DNA from: an uncultured virus (IMG/VR IMGVR_UViG_3300025000_000085)
Taxonomy: Duplodnaviria; Heunggongvirae; Uroviricota; Caudoviricetes
IMG/VR virus record: IMGVR_UViG_3300025000_000085
DNA length: 64,000 nucleotides
Direction: 5' to 3' (one strand)
In this document: positions 26,142 through 36,199 of the stretch, in pieces
Numbering within the stretch: the stretch's first letter is position 1
How the letters are laid out: each line of letters begins with the position of its first letter
The notes under the pieces: generated by a model
Seen by the model: only the letters and a program-made list of their open reading frames with translations
Told to the model about the DNA's origin: nothing
The model's database searches: none
Made by a program: the position numbers and the translations under genes

Positions 26142-26786
26142 TCAAGCCGCCCATGCCATGAGCCGGCCGCCGCGCTCATCCGCGGTGGCCATGTTGGTGT
26201 CGATCTGCAGGCCGCAGGCCTCCACCTGCAGGCCCTGCCAGCACTGGTACCCCCGGGCCCCGACGGTCAGCGGCAGGCCGGCGCCGTAGCTGTTGCCGTG
26301 CCAGTAGGCAGTGGCCTCCGGGATGGCGTAGAGCTCCGCCTCGGTGAGGCCGCAGGCAGCCCCGACGTAGATCCCGCAGCGGTAGCCCGCGGCGATGACG
26401 GCCTGCCCCCAGGCCCGGACGTAGGCGATGACCGCGGCGTGGTCCGCCCCCTGGCGCACGCCCTCGAGGTCGACAAAGAGCGGCTGGCCCTTGGGCGCTC
26501 CCAGGGCGCTGGCGTGCCGGGCCGCCCTGGCGCCGTAGAGCGCACCGGCCTTGGCAGAGGGGAGCCACCCCCATCGCAGCACCCGCTGCACGAGCACGAT
26601 GCGCAGGCCTGCACGGTGGAAGTCCGCAGCCTCTTCCCGGGAGAGGTCCGTCTGCTTCGCTCCGAGGGAGAGGTAGCGGGCGATCCAGCGGTAGGCCGCA
26701 GCGTGCAGGGCCTGGGCTTGGGCCAGGGTCACCCGCGCCACGGTGTCGCAGCCCAGGGTGCCGGCGGGGATCTTCTCCAGTTTCAC
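26142..26786 (-). CDS. Endolysin, DUF1906 (Rv2525c-like / GH25-like) glycoside hydrolase
   Basis: GCDT, ARYLS, LSREEA..AGLRIVLV, LFVDLE, GIYVG, WQ, IDTN. Confidence 0.85.
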   Translation of the reverse strand: MKLEKIPAGTLGCDTVARVTLAQAQALHAAAYRWIARYLSLGAKQTDLSREEAADFHRAGLRIVLVQRVLRWGWLPSAKAGALYGARAARHASALGAPKGQPLFVDLEGVRQGADHAAVIAYVRAWGQAVIAAGYRCGIYVGAACGLTEAELYAIPEATAYWHGNSYGAGLPLTVGARGYQCWQGLQVEACGLQIDTNMATADERGGRLMAWAA

Positions 26787-27160
26787 GGCGCACCTCCATC
26801 CGCCACCCCAGCGGGGGGCGGGTCTGCCGGCCGGGCCGTCCCGGCGTAGCGCTCCAGCCTGTCCAGCGAGCGCACGAGCCAGCGCACGTCATCGCCCACC
26901 CGGATCTGCGCGGTCTCGACGGACCCCAGCCGCGCCCCGTGCGAGTCGATGCGGACCTCGAGGACGGTGCAGCGCGCCTCCGCCCCGGCGATGGTCTCCA
27001 GCCCCGCAGCGGAGGCCGCAGAGGCCGTGCAGCCGCGCAGCGTCCCCGCCCCGGCGGAGAGGGTGACGAGCGCCCCCACCACACCGGCGAGGGCGAGCAG
27101 GCGCCGGTGGAGAGGGAGCAGGCGGTCCCAGGCAGAGCGGGCTCGTTTGGCTGCGGACAT
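26783..27160 (-). CDS. Small membrane protein (holin/antiholin candidate)
   Basis: One TM plus coiled coil; coupled to the endolysin. Confidence 0.55.
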   Translation of the reverse strand: MSAAKRARSAWDRLLPLHRRLLALAGVVGALVTLSAGAGTLRGCTASAASAAGLETIAGAEARCTVLEVRIDSHGARLGSVETAQIRVGDDVRWLVRSLDRLERYAGTARPADPPPAGVADGGAP

Positions 27161-27172
27161 GGTGGTCTCCTG

Positions 27173-28024
27173 CTAGAAATTGAACAGCTTGATCCAGTCG
27201 ATCACATAGGTCGAACTGTATGAACCACTGTAGAAGCTGATCCCGAAAGTATTAGAGACATTGCACGGCGCATCGACGGTTGATCCCGCTGGAAACGAAC
27301 TGTCATCCAGAATAAAAATTGGTACAGAGTCCCCGAGTCTCCATAACTCCGTGGTTTTCGTAGCTGCCCTATGCGCAATCATGTAGTTGGCGTAAACGCT
27401 ATTGTCTGGCGTCGTAACGCCACGGGCCAGCGTGTTGAACGGAGCGGCTGGAGCCATGTTGCCGACTCCGAGCGCCGGCCCGCCCGCCATTCTGGTCCCC
27501 GTCTGCGTGGTGGCGGTGCCCCACGCGTATCCCATCCACTCCTTGCCTCCAGCGGTATCGGCACTCTGGGCGGTCACTTTCATCCTGACGATGGCTGCCA
27601 CGTTTTTGGTTGCAATGATGTTGGCCGTATCTCGGAAGCAAAGGCACATATAACCCGCAGTCGTGTCCGTCAGGGTCAGTTCGCCGCCTGCAACTGCAGC
27701 AGTATCGGTCCCAAACACCCCCAGCAGCCAGCCGACGGTATTGGGCATCACGGACCCGTCATAGTCAGATAGCAGCGCCCCCACGGGACAGGTTCCGGGT
27801 GGCTGCCAGTAGCCACCAGACCCTGTGCAGTATTCCCAGGGGGTGGTGGTGTCCTCCGCCGTGCAGAGCGTCCCGTCCGCCGGGGCGGGGAGCGCCGCGA
27901 TTGCGGCGTAGGTGGCGGCCGTGCAGGCGGGGGTGCCGGAGGGGCGGGGCGGCACGATGATCTGCGCACCCGGCAGGAGCAGCAGGCAGAGCAGGGCCAG
28001 CAGGAGCATCGTCAGGCGGCGCAT
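27173..28024 (-). CDS. Signal-peptide-bearing beta-rich (lectin-like) protein
   Basis: MRRLTMLLLALLCLLLLPGAQ; C-terminal YVIDWIKLF strand; lower-GC 3' half. Confidence 0.7.
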   Translation of the reverse strand: MRRLTMLLLALLCLLLLPGAQIIVPPRPSGTPACTAATYAAIAALPAPADGTLCTAEDTTTPWEYCTGSGGYWQPPGTCPVGALLSDYDGSVMPNTVGWLLGVFGTDTAAVAGGELTLTDTTAGYMCLCFRDTANIIATKNVAAIVRMKVTAQSADTAGGKEWMGYAWGTATTQTGTRMAGGPALGVGNMAPAAPFNTLARGVTTPDNSVYANYMIAHRAATKTTELWRLGDSVPIFILDDSSFPAGSTVDAPCNVSNTFGISFYSGSYSSTYVIDWIKLFNF

Positions 28025-29292
28025 CACTGCAGCTCCGAAAAGCATGCCACGGTGGCCGCTACGTTCTGAGTTTCGTTATAGAAGTACACGGTCACTCCGT
28101 GCAGCTTGATCACGGCAGAGCACCCCAGTCCGTCCCCTGCGGCGCTCTCTGCGCAGAGCCGGATCGCTCCCGCTGCCGATGCGGCCGAGCCGACCTTGTA
28201 GGCAATGACGTCGACGCTCTGGTTCTGGCAGATGGTCTCGGTGGCCGTCGCAGGGATGGCGTAGGTGTCGTCGTCTGACTGGTCCACTGCCACGTCTGCG
28301 GCGGATGCATCGTCCCCGCCGAGCAGGACAGGCAGCGAGTCCACCTCCACAAGCCAGGGGTCCAGGCCTGCGGTCCCCTGGTCTGCAGTGACGGTCCCGG
28401 TGGACACCACGTGCAGGTTGCCAGAGGCATCCATGCTGAGCAGGCCGAGGCCTCCGGCGCTGTTGAGCACGCCAATGAGGGTGGCCCGGTCCGAGAGGGC
28501 GCCTCCGGGGGCTCCGGTGGAGGCGGCGAGGGTGGATGCGTGGCCGGCGATCGTCGCTCCTGAGGCCTCCGTGAAGGTCCAGCCGCCAGTGGTGTCCTGG
28601 ACCACGCTCAGCGATGCGGCAGGAGCGGCGGCGCCCAGCGCATAGGCGTCCCCTCCCACGCTGTCGAGATCGAAGAGCCAGGGGGCCGTGCCGACGTTGC
28701 CCTGGTTGCATGCTGGCATGGTGATGATGTCCGCCTGAATCTCCGAGCCTGCGACGGTCCCGGCGAGGGTGGAGGTGTCAGCGTCGATCGTGGCCAGCAG
28801 GGTCACCTCTGGCGAGTTGGTGGCGGCAACGCACCGCTGGGTGAGGGCGTCCACTGCACCTGCCCCGGCGGCGACGCCTGCCTGGCCTGCGATGGGGCTG
28901 GAGGGCCACCTCGTGCCGCTGCTGTCGGGGACCACGCTGAGGGAGGTGGCGGCGGTCCGCTGGCCCTGCCCAAAGGGCGCGCCGCCGACCCGGACGAGGT
29001 CGACAGGGCCGGGGTATGATGCCGGGAAGTAGACCGGGAGCGGTGAAGTCGGGCCGACCGCCGCGCCGCCGCCGGCGTCCGGGGTCACCAGCACGCAGGC
29101 CTGGCGCATCTTCGTGTCGGCGGCATCGGTGTCGGCGTCCCATCCGTAGATGGGTGCTCCGGAGGGGTCGGCCAGGACCTTCTTCGTGGGGTCGACGCCC
29201 GGCGCCCTCGCCTGCGCCATGGCGGAGGGAGTCAGCAGCACCACGATGCCGGCGAACAGCAGGGCGAAGAGGGCAGGGAATCGGCAGCGCAT
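28024..29292 (-). CDS. Signal-peptide-bearing Ala/Thr/Gly-rich protein
   Basis: MRCRFPALFALLFAGIVVLLTPSAMAQ; internal repeats QG..G..PWL and A.SLSVV.D. Confidence 0.75.
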   Translation of the reverse strand: MRCRFPALFALLFAGIVVLLTPSAMAQARAPGVDPTKKVLADPSGAPIYGWDADTDAADTKMRQACVLVTPDAGGGAAVGPTSPLPVYFPASYPGPVDLVRVGGAPFGQGQRTAATSLSVVPDSSGTRWPSSPIAGQAGVAAGAGAVDALTQRCVAATNSPEVTLLATIDADTSTLAGTVAGSEIQADIITMPACNQGNVGTAPWLFDLDSVGGDAYALGAAAPAASLSVVQDTTGGWTFTEASGATIAGHASTLAASTGAPGGALSDRATLIGVLNSAGGLGLLSMDASGNLHVVSTGTVTADQGTAGLDPWLVEVDSLPVLLGGDDASAADVAVDQSDDDTYAIPATATETICQNQSVDVIAYKVGSAASAAGAIRLCAESAAGDGLGCSAVIKLHGVTVYFYNETQNVAATVACFSELQ

Positions 29293-29387
29293 GGCTCCTC
29301 CAGGGTGCTTTGGGCGGGCGGCCCGCTGCCGGCAAGGCCGGGAGGCGAGCGCGGCGACCCGCCGCCATCAACACCCTCAAGGTGGGC

Positions 29388-29403
29388 GCTAGGAGCGCTA
29401 GAG
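29388..29403 (-). promoter_or_regulatory. Late-promoter motif copy (CTCTAGCGCTCCTAGC), upstream of the secreted/lysis block
   Basis: One of 4 co-oriented copies. Confidence 0.65.
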
Positions 29404-29503
29404 TGCAGCGGTGGCGTAGAATTCAGCGCAGTTGCGCTGCCAGCCGATGGTGGTAGGATGCGACAAGGTGAGAGCGATCGACGCTTGCCCCGGAGAAAAA
29501 GAC

Positions 29504-29992
29504 ATGCCGAGCGGGAAGCCGACGGTCAAGTGGCCGTTTTGGGTCGGTGGAATCCTTGTGTTTGCTTTTATTGCATACGGATCAAAGGATAAAACAGAAA
29601 AACACACCCGGCCAGAAACTCAGCCAAAGACATTGACGGCTGCTCCTCCGCCAAATGAAACAGCCCACATTCAAATACGAATAGAAGATTTACTTGAAAG
29701 CTACCAAAGCAACGAACTCGCCGCTGATAACAAATACAAGGATCAGCAGATTGCCTTTGCTGGAATTGTTGAAGAGATAAAAAAAGACGCTCTCGGCAAG
29801 GCCTACGTGGTGCTCGGATCAGGTCAGCAATTCCAGCATCCGAAAGTGCAGGCATTACTAGCTGAATCTGAGGTCGGCAAGGCGGCCGAGTTGAAAAAGG
29901 GCCAGGTGATTGGAATTTCAGGCCACTGCGCAGGACTGATGTTCAATGTGCTCGTCAGGGATTCCCGGATCGTCCCCGTCATCCAGCAGTAG
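29504..29992 (+). CDS. Membrane-anchored OB-fold protein (tRNA_anti-like family), moron
   Basis: LLESYQSNELAADNKYKDQ.I...G.V..I; LKKGQ.I.ISG.C.G; low GC; opposite strand. Confidence 0.8.
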   Translation: MPSGKPTVKWPFWVGGILVFAFIAYGSKDKTEKHTRPETQPKTLTAAPPPNETAHIQIRIEDLLESYQSNELAADNKYKDQQIAFAGIVEEIKKDALGKAYVVLGSGQQFQHPKVQALLAESEVGKAAELKKGQVIGISGHCAGLMFNVLVRDSRIVPVIQQ

Positions 29993-30063
29993 CCGAACGG
30001 CTTGCCAGGGGGGCTCCGTGTGCTACGCTGAAAATATATACGCACCTTTCCCGGAGGTGAATC

Positions 30064-30876
30064 ATGCACTCATCGTCGACGTCCCCGCTGGCCTTCGCTG
30101 CTGCGATCTTCGCTGCGATCTTCACGGCCTCATGTGCCCTTCCCGAAGGGGACAGGGGCGACCCAGGGAAGCCGGGGCTGATGGGCAGCGCCGGTGATGT
30201 CGGCAAAACCGGCGTGCGGGGAGCGCAAGGGGAGAAGGGAGAGCCGGGAGACCCCGGGCCGGCCGGGCCGGCCGGGGCGACCTGCAGCGCCGACGACGTG
30301 GCGCAGCTGCTGGCGTCCAGCCCGCAGTTCAGGGCTCAGCTGGTCGAGATGCTCGTCGCTGGCCACGGCGAAGCGCTGAGGGGGCCGCAGGGGGAGCGGG
30401 GGGCGGTCGGCGAGAGCGGGCTGCAGGGGGAGCCGGGAGAGCGGGGGGAGCAGGGGGCGGCAGGGATGAGCGCCCAGCAGCTCTACGCCTTCAACGGCCA
30501 TGGCGATGCGATTGGGTGGGTCACGAGTGTAGATGATAGTGGATATATTATTTATATTGAACAAGATGATGTTTTCTACAGAATACCAACAGGACTCGGC
30601 GGTTGGGGAGTAAGAAACGTTCGAATCTATTATGATTCGTTGAATTGCACCGGAACGCCATACATCAATGAGCCTCCAAGAAGACTGACCAACGTAGATG
30701 GGTCTGGATTCTATAGAACAACGAATGTCGGCTGGCAAGTGATGATCCCGCAATCCACCTTATCACCAGATGGGATATGTGGTCCAGGAAGCGGCGGAAT
30801 GGAGATATATGTAACCATGGCGGAACAGGTGCAGAGACCAGATTATTTGATCGGTCCGTTCACGATCGGACGATGA
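30064..30876 (+). CDS. Collagen-repeat lipoprotein (moron)
   Basis: Lipobox-like FTASC; two Gly-X-Y tracts; AT-rich C-terminal domain; RBS GGAGG. Confidence 0.75.
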   Translation: MHSSSTSPLAFAAAIFAAIFTASCALPEGDRGDPGKPGLMGSAGDVGKTGVRGAQGEKGEPGDPGPAGPAGATCSADDVAQLLASSPQFRAQLVEMLVAGHGEALRGPQGERGAVGESGLQGEPGERGEQGAAGMSAQQLYAFNGHGDAIGWVTSVDDSGYIIYIEQDDVFYRIPTGLGGWGVRNVRIYYDSLNCTGTPYINEPPRRLTNVDGSGFYRTTNVGWQVMIPQSTLSPDGICGPGSGGMEIYVTMAEQVQRPDYLIGPFTIGR

Positions 30877-30877
30877 T

Positions 30878-32356
30878 CTATGGAGCGGCTCCAGGAACAG
30901 AGGCGGTGTCGTAGACGCTAACCATTATTCGAGCAGCGTCCGAATCATCATCCGCAGGATCTAGCACTGCCCCAGATGCATGGTATAGAACTCGAAGTGT
31001 TTTATTTACAGCCGAACGCAGAGAAACATCTTCGGTGGCCTGCGCATAAGCAGCCGAGCTATGGCCTGATGCTGAAAGCTGAACGGTCAAGTTGGCGTAC
31101 CCTCCGGCAGGGTCTGCTGCCAGTTTGATATCGAACACCCCGGCTCCGGCCAGTACGATCGGCGCAGCAGCGTCCCACCCGTAGCCCTTCACCAGCTGGG
31201 TGGCGCTGCCCAGGTGGTTCCCCAGCCGAAAGATCCCCTGGGCGATCGGGGTGCGATACTGCTGACGAACCAGCTCGTCATTGTAGTTGTTCAGCGTCGT
31301 CTGGGCGCTGCCTGCCGAGTGAAACCCGCCCACCCCTTCGTCGTCGATCTCCGTCGCGTCGTGCTTGCCCGCCCCGCCGTTGAGGTGCGAGGTCAGCGTC
31401 GTCTGCAACGGCGCCGCCAGGTTGGCCACCCCGTCGCCGTCGAGCGTCGGGGTGGTGTAGATGTCCCGGGCCAGCTGCAGCAGGTTTGCCGCCAGCGTGC
31501 CGATCGTCGACTCGAAGCGGTAGACCCCGCTGACGTCCACGGCGCCGATGGGCCCCGGCGACCCGGCCCCGGCGAAGTTGCCGAGGTACAGGTAGTCGTC
31601 GTCGACGCTGAGGTCCGCGGTGCTGCAGGTCAGGCCGTCGATGAGCACCCAGTAGTCCGCTGCCGTGGTGCTCACGCTGCCGATGGCCTGGCCCAGCGCG
31701 TTGCAGGTCATGGTGTAGTGGCCGGCGGCGTACTCTACGGTCGCGACACCAAAGGCGCCCGATGTGGCGGTCACGGGGGTAACCAGCCACGCGGTTCCGT
31801 CGCGGTCCCCGTGGTCGCGCAGAGCTCCGCCGGCCTGCGTGATCGTGTCGACCGTGATGGTCACGGTGCCGTCGCCGTTGTCGACCACGGAATCCGGGTG
31901 GCCCAGCTCCCCGATCTTCACCTGAAGGGCGACATAGCTGATCTGCCCGGTGCGGCCGTTCTGCGCCACGCCCAGCGCGGTCGGAATCGGCACCTGCTGC
32001 AGCCTGGCTCCGACGTGATAGGTGGTGCCCGCAGCGTTCTCGCATTCGACGCTCCCCGGGCTCTCGTAGTCTGCGAGCGGGGTGTGGACGATGCTGCTGT
32101 TGTAGATCAGCCCGACGAACGACGCGACCTTGAAGGAGTCGTCCACCGTGCCAGCCTGCAGCAGCCCCGGGGCTGGCGCCGCGCCGGCCGGCAGGGGTAG
32201 GACGCCCGTGCGCCCGTAGGCGAGGGCGAACAGATCCCTGGCCAGATTGTCGAGCCTGTCGGCGACGTAGGTCTGCACCTGCGTCGGGGTCAGCTCGTGC
32301 TTCGTCAAAGCGGCGTTGACGCGGGGGAACGGAGCGCCCTTCGTGATCGGTGCCAT
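30878..32356 (-). CDS. Tail fibre / receptor-binding protein (putative)
   Basis: Follows the baseplate wedge; HDATEI fibre-like motif; lower-GC C-terminus. Confidence 0.6.
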   Translation of the reverse strand: MAPITKGAPFPRVNAALTKHELTPTQVQTYVADRLDNLARDLFALAYGRTGVLPLPAGAAPAPGLLQAGTVDDSFKVASFVGLIYNSSIVHTPLADYESPGSVECENAAGTTYHVGARLQQVPIPTALGVAQNGRTGQISYVALQVKIGELGHPDSVVDNGDGTVTITVDTITQAGGALRDHGDRDGTAWLVTPVTATSGAFGVATVEYAAGHYTMTCNALGQAIGSVSTTAADYWVLIDGLTCSTADLSVDDDYLYLGNFAGAGSPGPIGAVDVSGVYRFESTIGTLAANLLQLARDIYTTPTLDGDGVANLAAPLQTTLTSHLNGGAGKHDATEIDDEGVGGFHSAGSAQTTLNNYNDELVRQQYRTPIAQGIFRLGNHLGSATQLVKGYGWDAAAPIVLAGAGVFDIKLAADPAGGYANLTVQLSASGHSSAAYAQATEDVSLRSAVNKTLRVLYHASGAVLDPADDDSDAARIMVSVYDTASVPGAAP

Positions 32357-32362
32357 GATGGT

Positions 32363-33565
32363 CTACGCCTCGTCGTCTACGGCCCCGGAGGGGGCCAGCC
32401 AATTGTACGCAAGAGGGGGCTGCCACGTCGCAACCCTGCTGATCGCTGCTGCGCCGCCCGAGCACCCAACCCCGAACGACCCAGCAAACGACAGCAGCGC
32501 GCTGGAGATGGCCGAGTCAACGACTGCGTCGCCATCGACCCGCAGGGCCACGGCGAGAGCTGGAATGGCGCCGGCCCATTTCCTGCCGAGCTCCAGATCG
32601 TACCGGTAGGATACCCCGACGGCGGGGAAGGCCGACGGGGTGGAGGTGGCCACGAGGGCAGGCGCCGCGGGCGGCTGCAGCCGGTAGAGCTTCACCGTGC
32701 CCGCCGAGAAATCGACGTCCACTCGGATAGCTCGTCCGGTGGTCCCGTAGTGAGCCAGCAGCTGCAGCACGGTCGCCGAGCTCTCCGCCGTCGCGTGCAC
32801 CTGCACTGTGTAGTAATCGTACGTGGATCCCAGCCCGTCGTAGCGGATGCTCCCGCCGTCGGGGACCGTGGCCAGCTTGGTCGAGGTGTCCAAGGTCACG
32901 TCCCCACTGCGCGTCCAGCGCTCGAGAGCCGCCACCCTATCCCACGTCTCGAGGAAATCGGGCCAGCGGACCCGGACGCGCTCCGAGCTGGGCCGGGTCA
33001 GGTCCACCAGGTCGACGATCAGCTGCCGCAGTGCCGAGTCCTGCGGGTCTTCCACGTAGAGGTCGGACTCATAGGCCCCGTAGGTGGCGCCGCCCGAGCG
33101 GTCAGGGTCCCACGGCTCGATCAGTAGCGTCTCGCCCAGGAAGTCCTCGGCGAGCAGGGTGCGGCTGGAGAAATAGCCGGCGTACCACGCCCCCCGTCCG
33201 GTGAGCAGCCGGATCCAGCGCAGCCAGCCGTCGGGCAGCCCCTTTTTCTTCCAGAGTGCCACGGCGCTGCGGATCAGCAGCCGCTTCTGGTCGGAGCTGA
33301 GCTGCGCGGCGAGACCCTCCAGCTCGTCCACGAAGCCCTGCCGCCAGAGGGCGTAGTCGAGCGTGGTCCGACCGTCCGTGCCGACGACCTCCGGCATGCG
33401 GAAGGGATCCAGCAGGTAGGGGGTCAGCACCAGCGCCGCGATCGTCGCATCCTGCTGGTCCTGCCATCCGGTCAAGAATCGCTCGAGGAACCTGGACGCA
33501 TCGCCCCGGCGCACCTCCTCGGAGATGAGGTCGACGATCCGGACGGGGTTGGCCGGCAGCGTCAC
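32363..33565 (-). CDS. Baseplate wedge protein (P2 gpI-like)
   Basis: LERFL..LLDP..KRLLIRSAVALWKKKG; follows the J-like gene. Confidence 0.75.
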   Translation of the reverse strand: MTLPANPVRIVDLISEEVRRGDASRFLERFLTGWQDQQDATIAALVLTPYLLDPFRMPEVVGTDGRTTLDYALWRQGFVDELEGLAAQLSSDQKRLLIRSAVALWKKKGLPDGWLRWIRLLTGRGAWYAGYFSSRTLLAEDFLGETLLIEPWDPDRSGGATYGAYESDLYVEDPQDSALRQLIVDLVDLTRPSSERVRVRWPDFLETWDRVAALERWTRSGDVTLDTSTKLATVPDGGSIRYDGLGSTYDYYTVQVHATAESSATVLQLLAHYGTTGRAIRVDVDFSAGTVKLYRLQPPAAPALVATSTPSAFPAVGVSYRYDLELGRKWAGAIPALAVALRVDGDAVVDSAISSALLSFAGSFGVGCSGGAAAISRVATWQPPLAYNWLAPSGAVDDEA

Positions 33566-35769
33566 GGCAGCACCACGATCGTCACGGTCCAGCTGGCGTC
33601 GCCGGCATAGTCCGGCAGCTCGTCGGCGGCAAGGGAGATGGCTGTTGCTCCTCCGCCGTTGATGTCGGTCACCTCCACCTCGACGGCCCGACGGATCGTG
33701 AGCTGCTCGGCGATGATGGCCTCGATCTGGTTTGGGGCCACCCGACCGCCGTAGCGCCCCGGCTCCCAGCGGTAGGCGCCGTCTTCATAGACGGCAAGCG
33801 GACGCAGGTTCGCGGCGAGGATCGCCTTCACCGCTGCCTCGACGCCGGCCGAGCTGCGCCGCACCGTCACCGTCACTGCGCCGGAGACGGCCAACGGATT
33901 GAAGTTGGCTGTGGTCAGCTCGTAGTTGGCCAGCAAGTGCCGAGCCGGGTCGTTCTCTGTGGTGCCATTGAAGAAGGTATTGATCTCGAGCAGCACCGCC
34001 GCGCTGAGCGTCCCCCCGCCGGCCCCGATGACCACGAGGCCGAAGGTCTTCAGCCCGAAGGCCTCGACGGCGCACCACGCCCGGGCCACGGGGCGCGAGC
34101 CCGCTGAGCTGTAGAAGTCGTTGATCGCCAGGGCGACGCAGTCGCCGTCGTTGATGGCCCTCCCTCGCGTGCGCATGGCCGCTGGCTTGACACGCTTGAC
34201 TCGCTCCAGGTCGGCCGCCGTGCCGCCCTCGGCCACGGTCCAGCCCGCTGCAGCCCGGGGGTTGTTCACGTCGGTCAGGTGGCCGACCCCGGAGACGTTG
34301 CGGGCGATGGCGCCAGCGCCCACGTTGCCGTCGCTGTCCGACCCGATGCGGTAGGACGCCACGATGGCATCGCCCACCGGTGGGATGGCCCCGTGCGTCC
34401 CATCGCCGAAGAGCACCTGGTAGGCGCCGTCGGGCATCATCTCCAGCAGCGCGACCTTTTCCGTCGGAGCTGCCGTGTACAGGTCCGTCGGCTCTTCGGT
34501 CACGGACCATCCGTCATCGGTGCCCACGGTCAGCGCTGTCAGCGTGGACTCGATGAAGCCCGTGCGGTTGAGCGGGAAGGCCTGGCTGGCCGAGCCATCC
34601 GAGGTGCCCAGGGTGTCGTCGATGGTCTGCCCCTGGGTGCCGAGGAAGCGCACGAAGAAGTCGGCCGCGCCGGGGCCGATGTCGGCCGAGAGCTGGGGCT
34701 CGACGGGGCCGGACACCGTGACCACCCGGAAGCGGACCCAGTAGCCCTCCACGTCGTCCACAGTGGTCGGCTGCCAATCATGGGCCAGCGTCTGGGGCAG
34801 CGTCCAGGTCACCTCGCTGCTGCCCGTGCTGTCCAGCCCGTCGTTGCCGCCACCGATGCCCGGGAGCTCCACCCAGTCGACGCTGCAGAGGTAGTCCGCT
34901 ACCGACGTGCTGGGGGATGCCTGCCCGAACCACTCGGTGGTGCTGATGACGTTCTGCGTGCCCCAGGTCGATGCGAACGTGACGCTCTGCCCCGTCGGCA
35001 GGCAGGTGATCGTCACCTGGGCTCCGCTGCGCCTGGCTGCGCCCAGCAGGCCGTTGATGATGAAGGTCAGGTAGGGGCCGACCACGCCGACGGCATCTGG
35101 CAAGGTTTCCTTGCCACCGAAGTACTCCCAGCAGCCTGAGATGCCCGAACCTGCCAGCCCCAGGGCGATCTGGGCCTCGTCGAACATCAGGTCGGGGTGG
35201 CCGATGTAGAGCATGTCGCCGGCCGCTGCCGCCGATGGCCACAGGTCGGCGCCCACGGAGGGCGTGGCGTAGCTGCCGGCGCCGCCCCCCCCGCTGGCAT
35301 CGAAGGCAGCAGAGAGCAGCCGATCGGTTCGGCTGGGACCGATGTCCGTGGCGGGCGACTCGAAGCTGATCGCCGGCGCACCCGGAGCGGCCACGGTGGC
35401 AAAGCGGGACAGGGCAGGCACGAGCGCTGCGAGATCGGCCGTGAGGATGCGGGTGAGCTTGGCCACGATGTCCGCCGTGGCCGGCGAGGCAGCGGCCAGC
35501 CGCTCGTCGATGGTCGCCAGCTGCGCAGCCACGAGCGGGCGGTACAGACTCGTGGGCAGGAAGAGGTGGCGGGCAAGCCAGTCCCCGAGGACCGCGGCGT
35601 CGTGACCCATCAGCGCAGCGGCCTGCTCGAGCTGCATGAAGGGGTCCTTGTCGTCCTCGACGGTCAGCTCCGGAGCGTTGACGCGCCCCCGGCGGCGCAG
35701 AGCTGCTCGCAGCTCCGGGAAGAGCGCCGGCATGAAGTTGAAGTCGGGGACCTGGATCTGGTTGGCCAT
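33562..35769 (-). CDS. Baseplate J-like wedge protein
   Basis: LGTSDGSASQAF.L, FGDGTHGAIPP.G..IVASYRIG..GNVGAG, RAI..D. Confidence 0.9.
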   Translation of the reverse strand: MANQIQVPDFNFMPALFPELRAALRRRGRVNAPELTVEDDKDPFMQLEQAAALMGHDAAVLGDWLARHLFLPTSLYRPLVAAQLATIDERLAAASPATADIVAKLTRILTADLAALVPALSRFATVAAPGAPAISFESPATDIGPSRTDRLLSAAFDASGGGGAGSYATPSVGADLWPSAAAAGDMLYIGHPDLMFDEAQIALGLAGSGISGCWEYFGGKETLPDAVGVVGPYLTFIINGLLGAARRSGAQVTITCLPTGQSVTFASTWGTQNVISTTEWFGQASPSTSVADYLCSVDWVELPGIGGGNDGLDSTGSSEVTWTLPQTLAHDWQPTTVDDVEGYWVRFRVVTVSGPVEPQLSADIGPGAADFFVRFLGTQGQTIDDTLGTSDGSASQAFPLNRTGFIESTLTALTVGTDDGWSVTEEPTDLYTAAPTEKVALLEMMPDGAYQVLFGDGTHGAIPPVGDAIVASYRIGSDSDGNVGAGAIARNVSGVGHLTDVNNPRAAAGWTVAEGGTAADLERVKRVKPAAMRTRGRAINDGDCVALAINDFYSSAGSRPVARAWCAVEAFGLKTFGLVVIGAGGGTLSAAVLLEINTFFNGTTENDPARHLLANYELTTANFNPLAVSGAVTVTVRRSSAGVEAAVKAILAANLRPLAVYEDGAYRWEPGRYGGRVAPNQIEAIIAEQLTIRRAVEVEVTDINGGGATAISLAADELPDYAGDASWTVTIVVLP

Positions 35770-35770
35770 T

Positions 35771-36196
35771 TCAGCCTCTCGCTCCCGCCGGGCCCACCCG
35801 GGTCGTGATCTTCTGTCGCAGATCAGCGCTCAGCCGCAGCGGCTGCCAGTCCACCTCGGCGTACAGCTGCGCCGCCTTCGTGTCGCCGCCGGACTGGTCC
35901 CCGCGCACGATGCGCACGGAGAGCAGGCGGGCCAGCTCTTGCGCCTCGAGCTGCGCCAGCACGGAGCGGATCCGCAGCTCCAGATCATGAGCGCCCTGCG
36001 CCATCTCCTGGAACATCGTCGAGGACAGCTGGTCCTCGCGCTGCATCCACGGGTTCGTGCTGCGCCCGGGACCCAGCACGGCCAGGGCGAGCTGCTGCTC
36101 GATGGCGGCGACCCCCTGGCTCTCGATCGATGTCAGGGCGGCGCCGCCGCGCGCATCGACGCCCGGGGGGATGGTCAGGGTGCGGGGGGTGGCCAT
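35771..36196 (-). CDS. Baseplate gp25/gpW-like protein
   Basis: Size and position between spike and J. Confidence 0.55.
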   Translation of the reverse strand: MATPRTLTIPPGVDARGGAALTSIESQGVAAIEQQLALAVLGPGRSTNPWMQREDQLSSTMFQEMAQGAHDLELRIRSVLAQLEAQELARLLSVRIVRGDQSGGDTKAAQLYAEVDWQPLRLSADLRQKITTRVGPAGARG

Positions 36197-36199
36197 CTG

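Noticed and set aside
27173..32356. Diversity-generating retroelement or invertible tail-fibre cassette
   Set aside because: No reverse transcriptase, invertase or VR/TR repeat pair was seen
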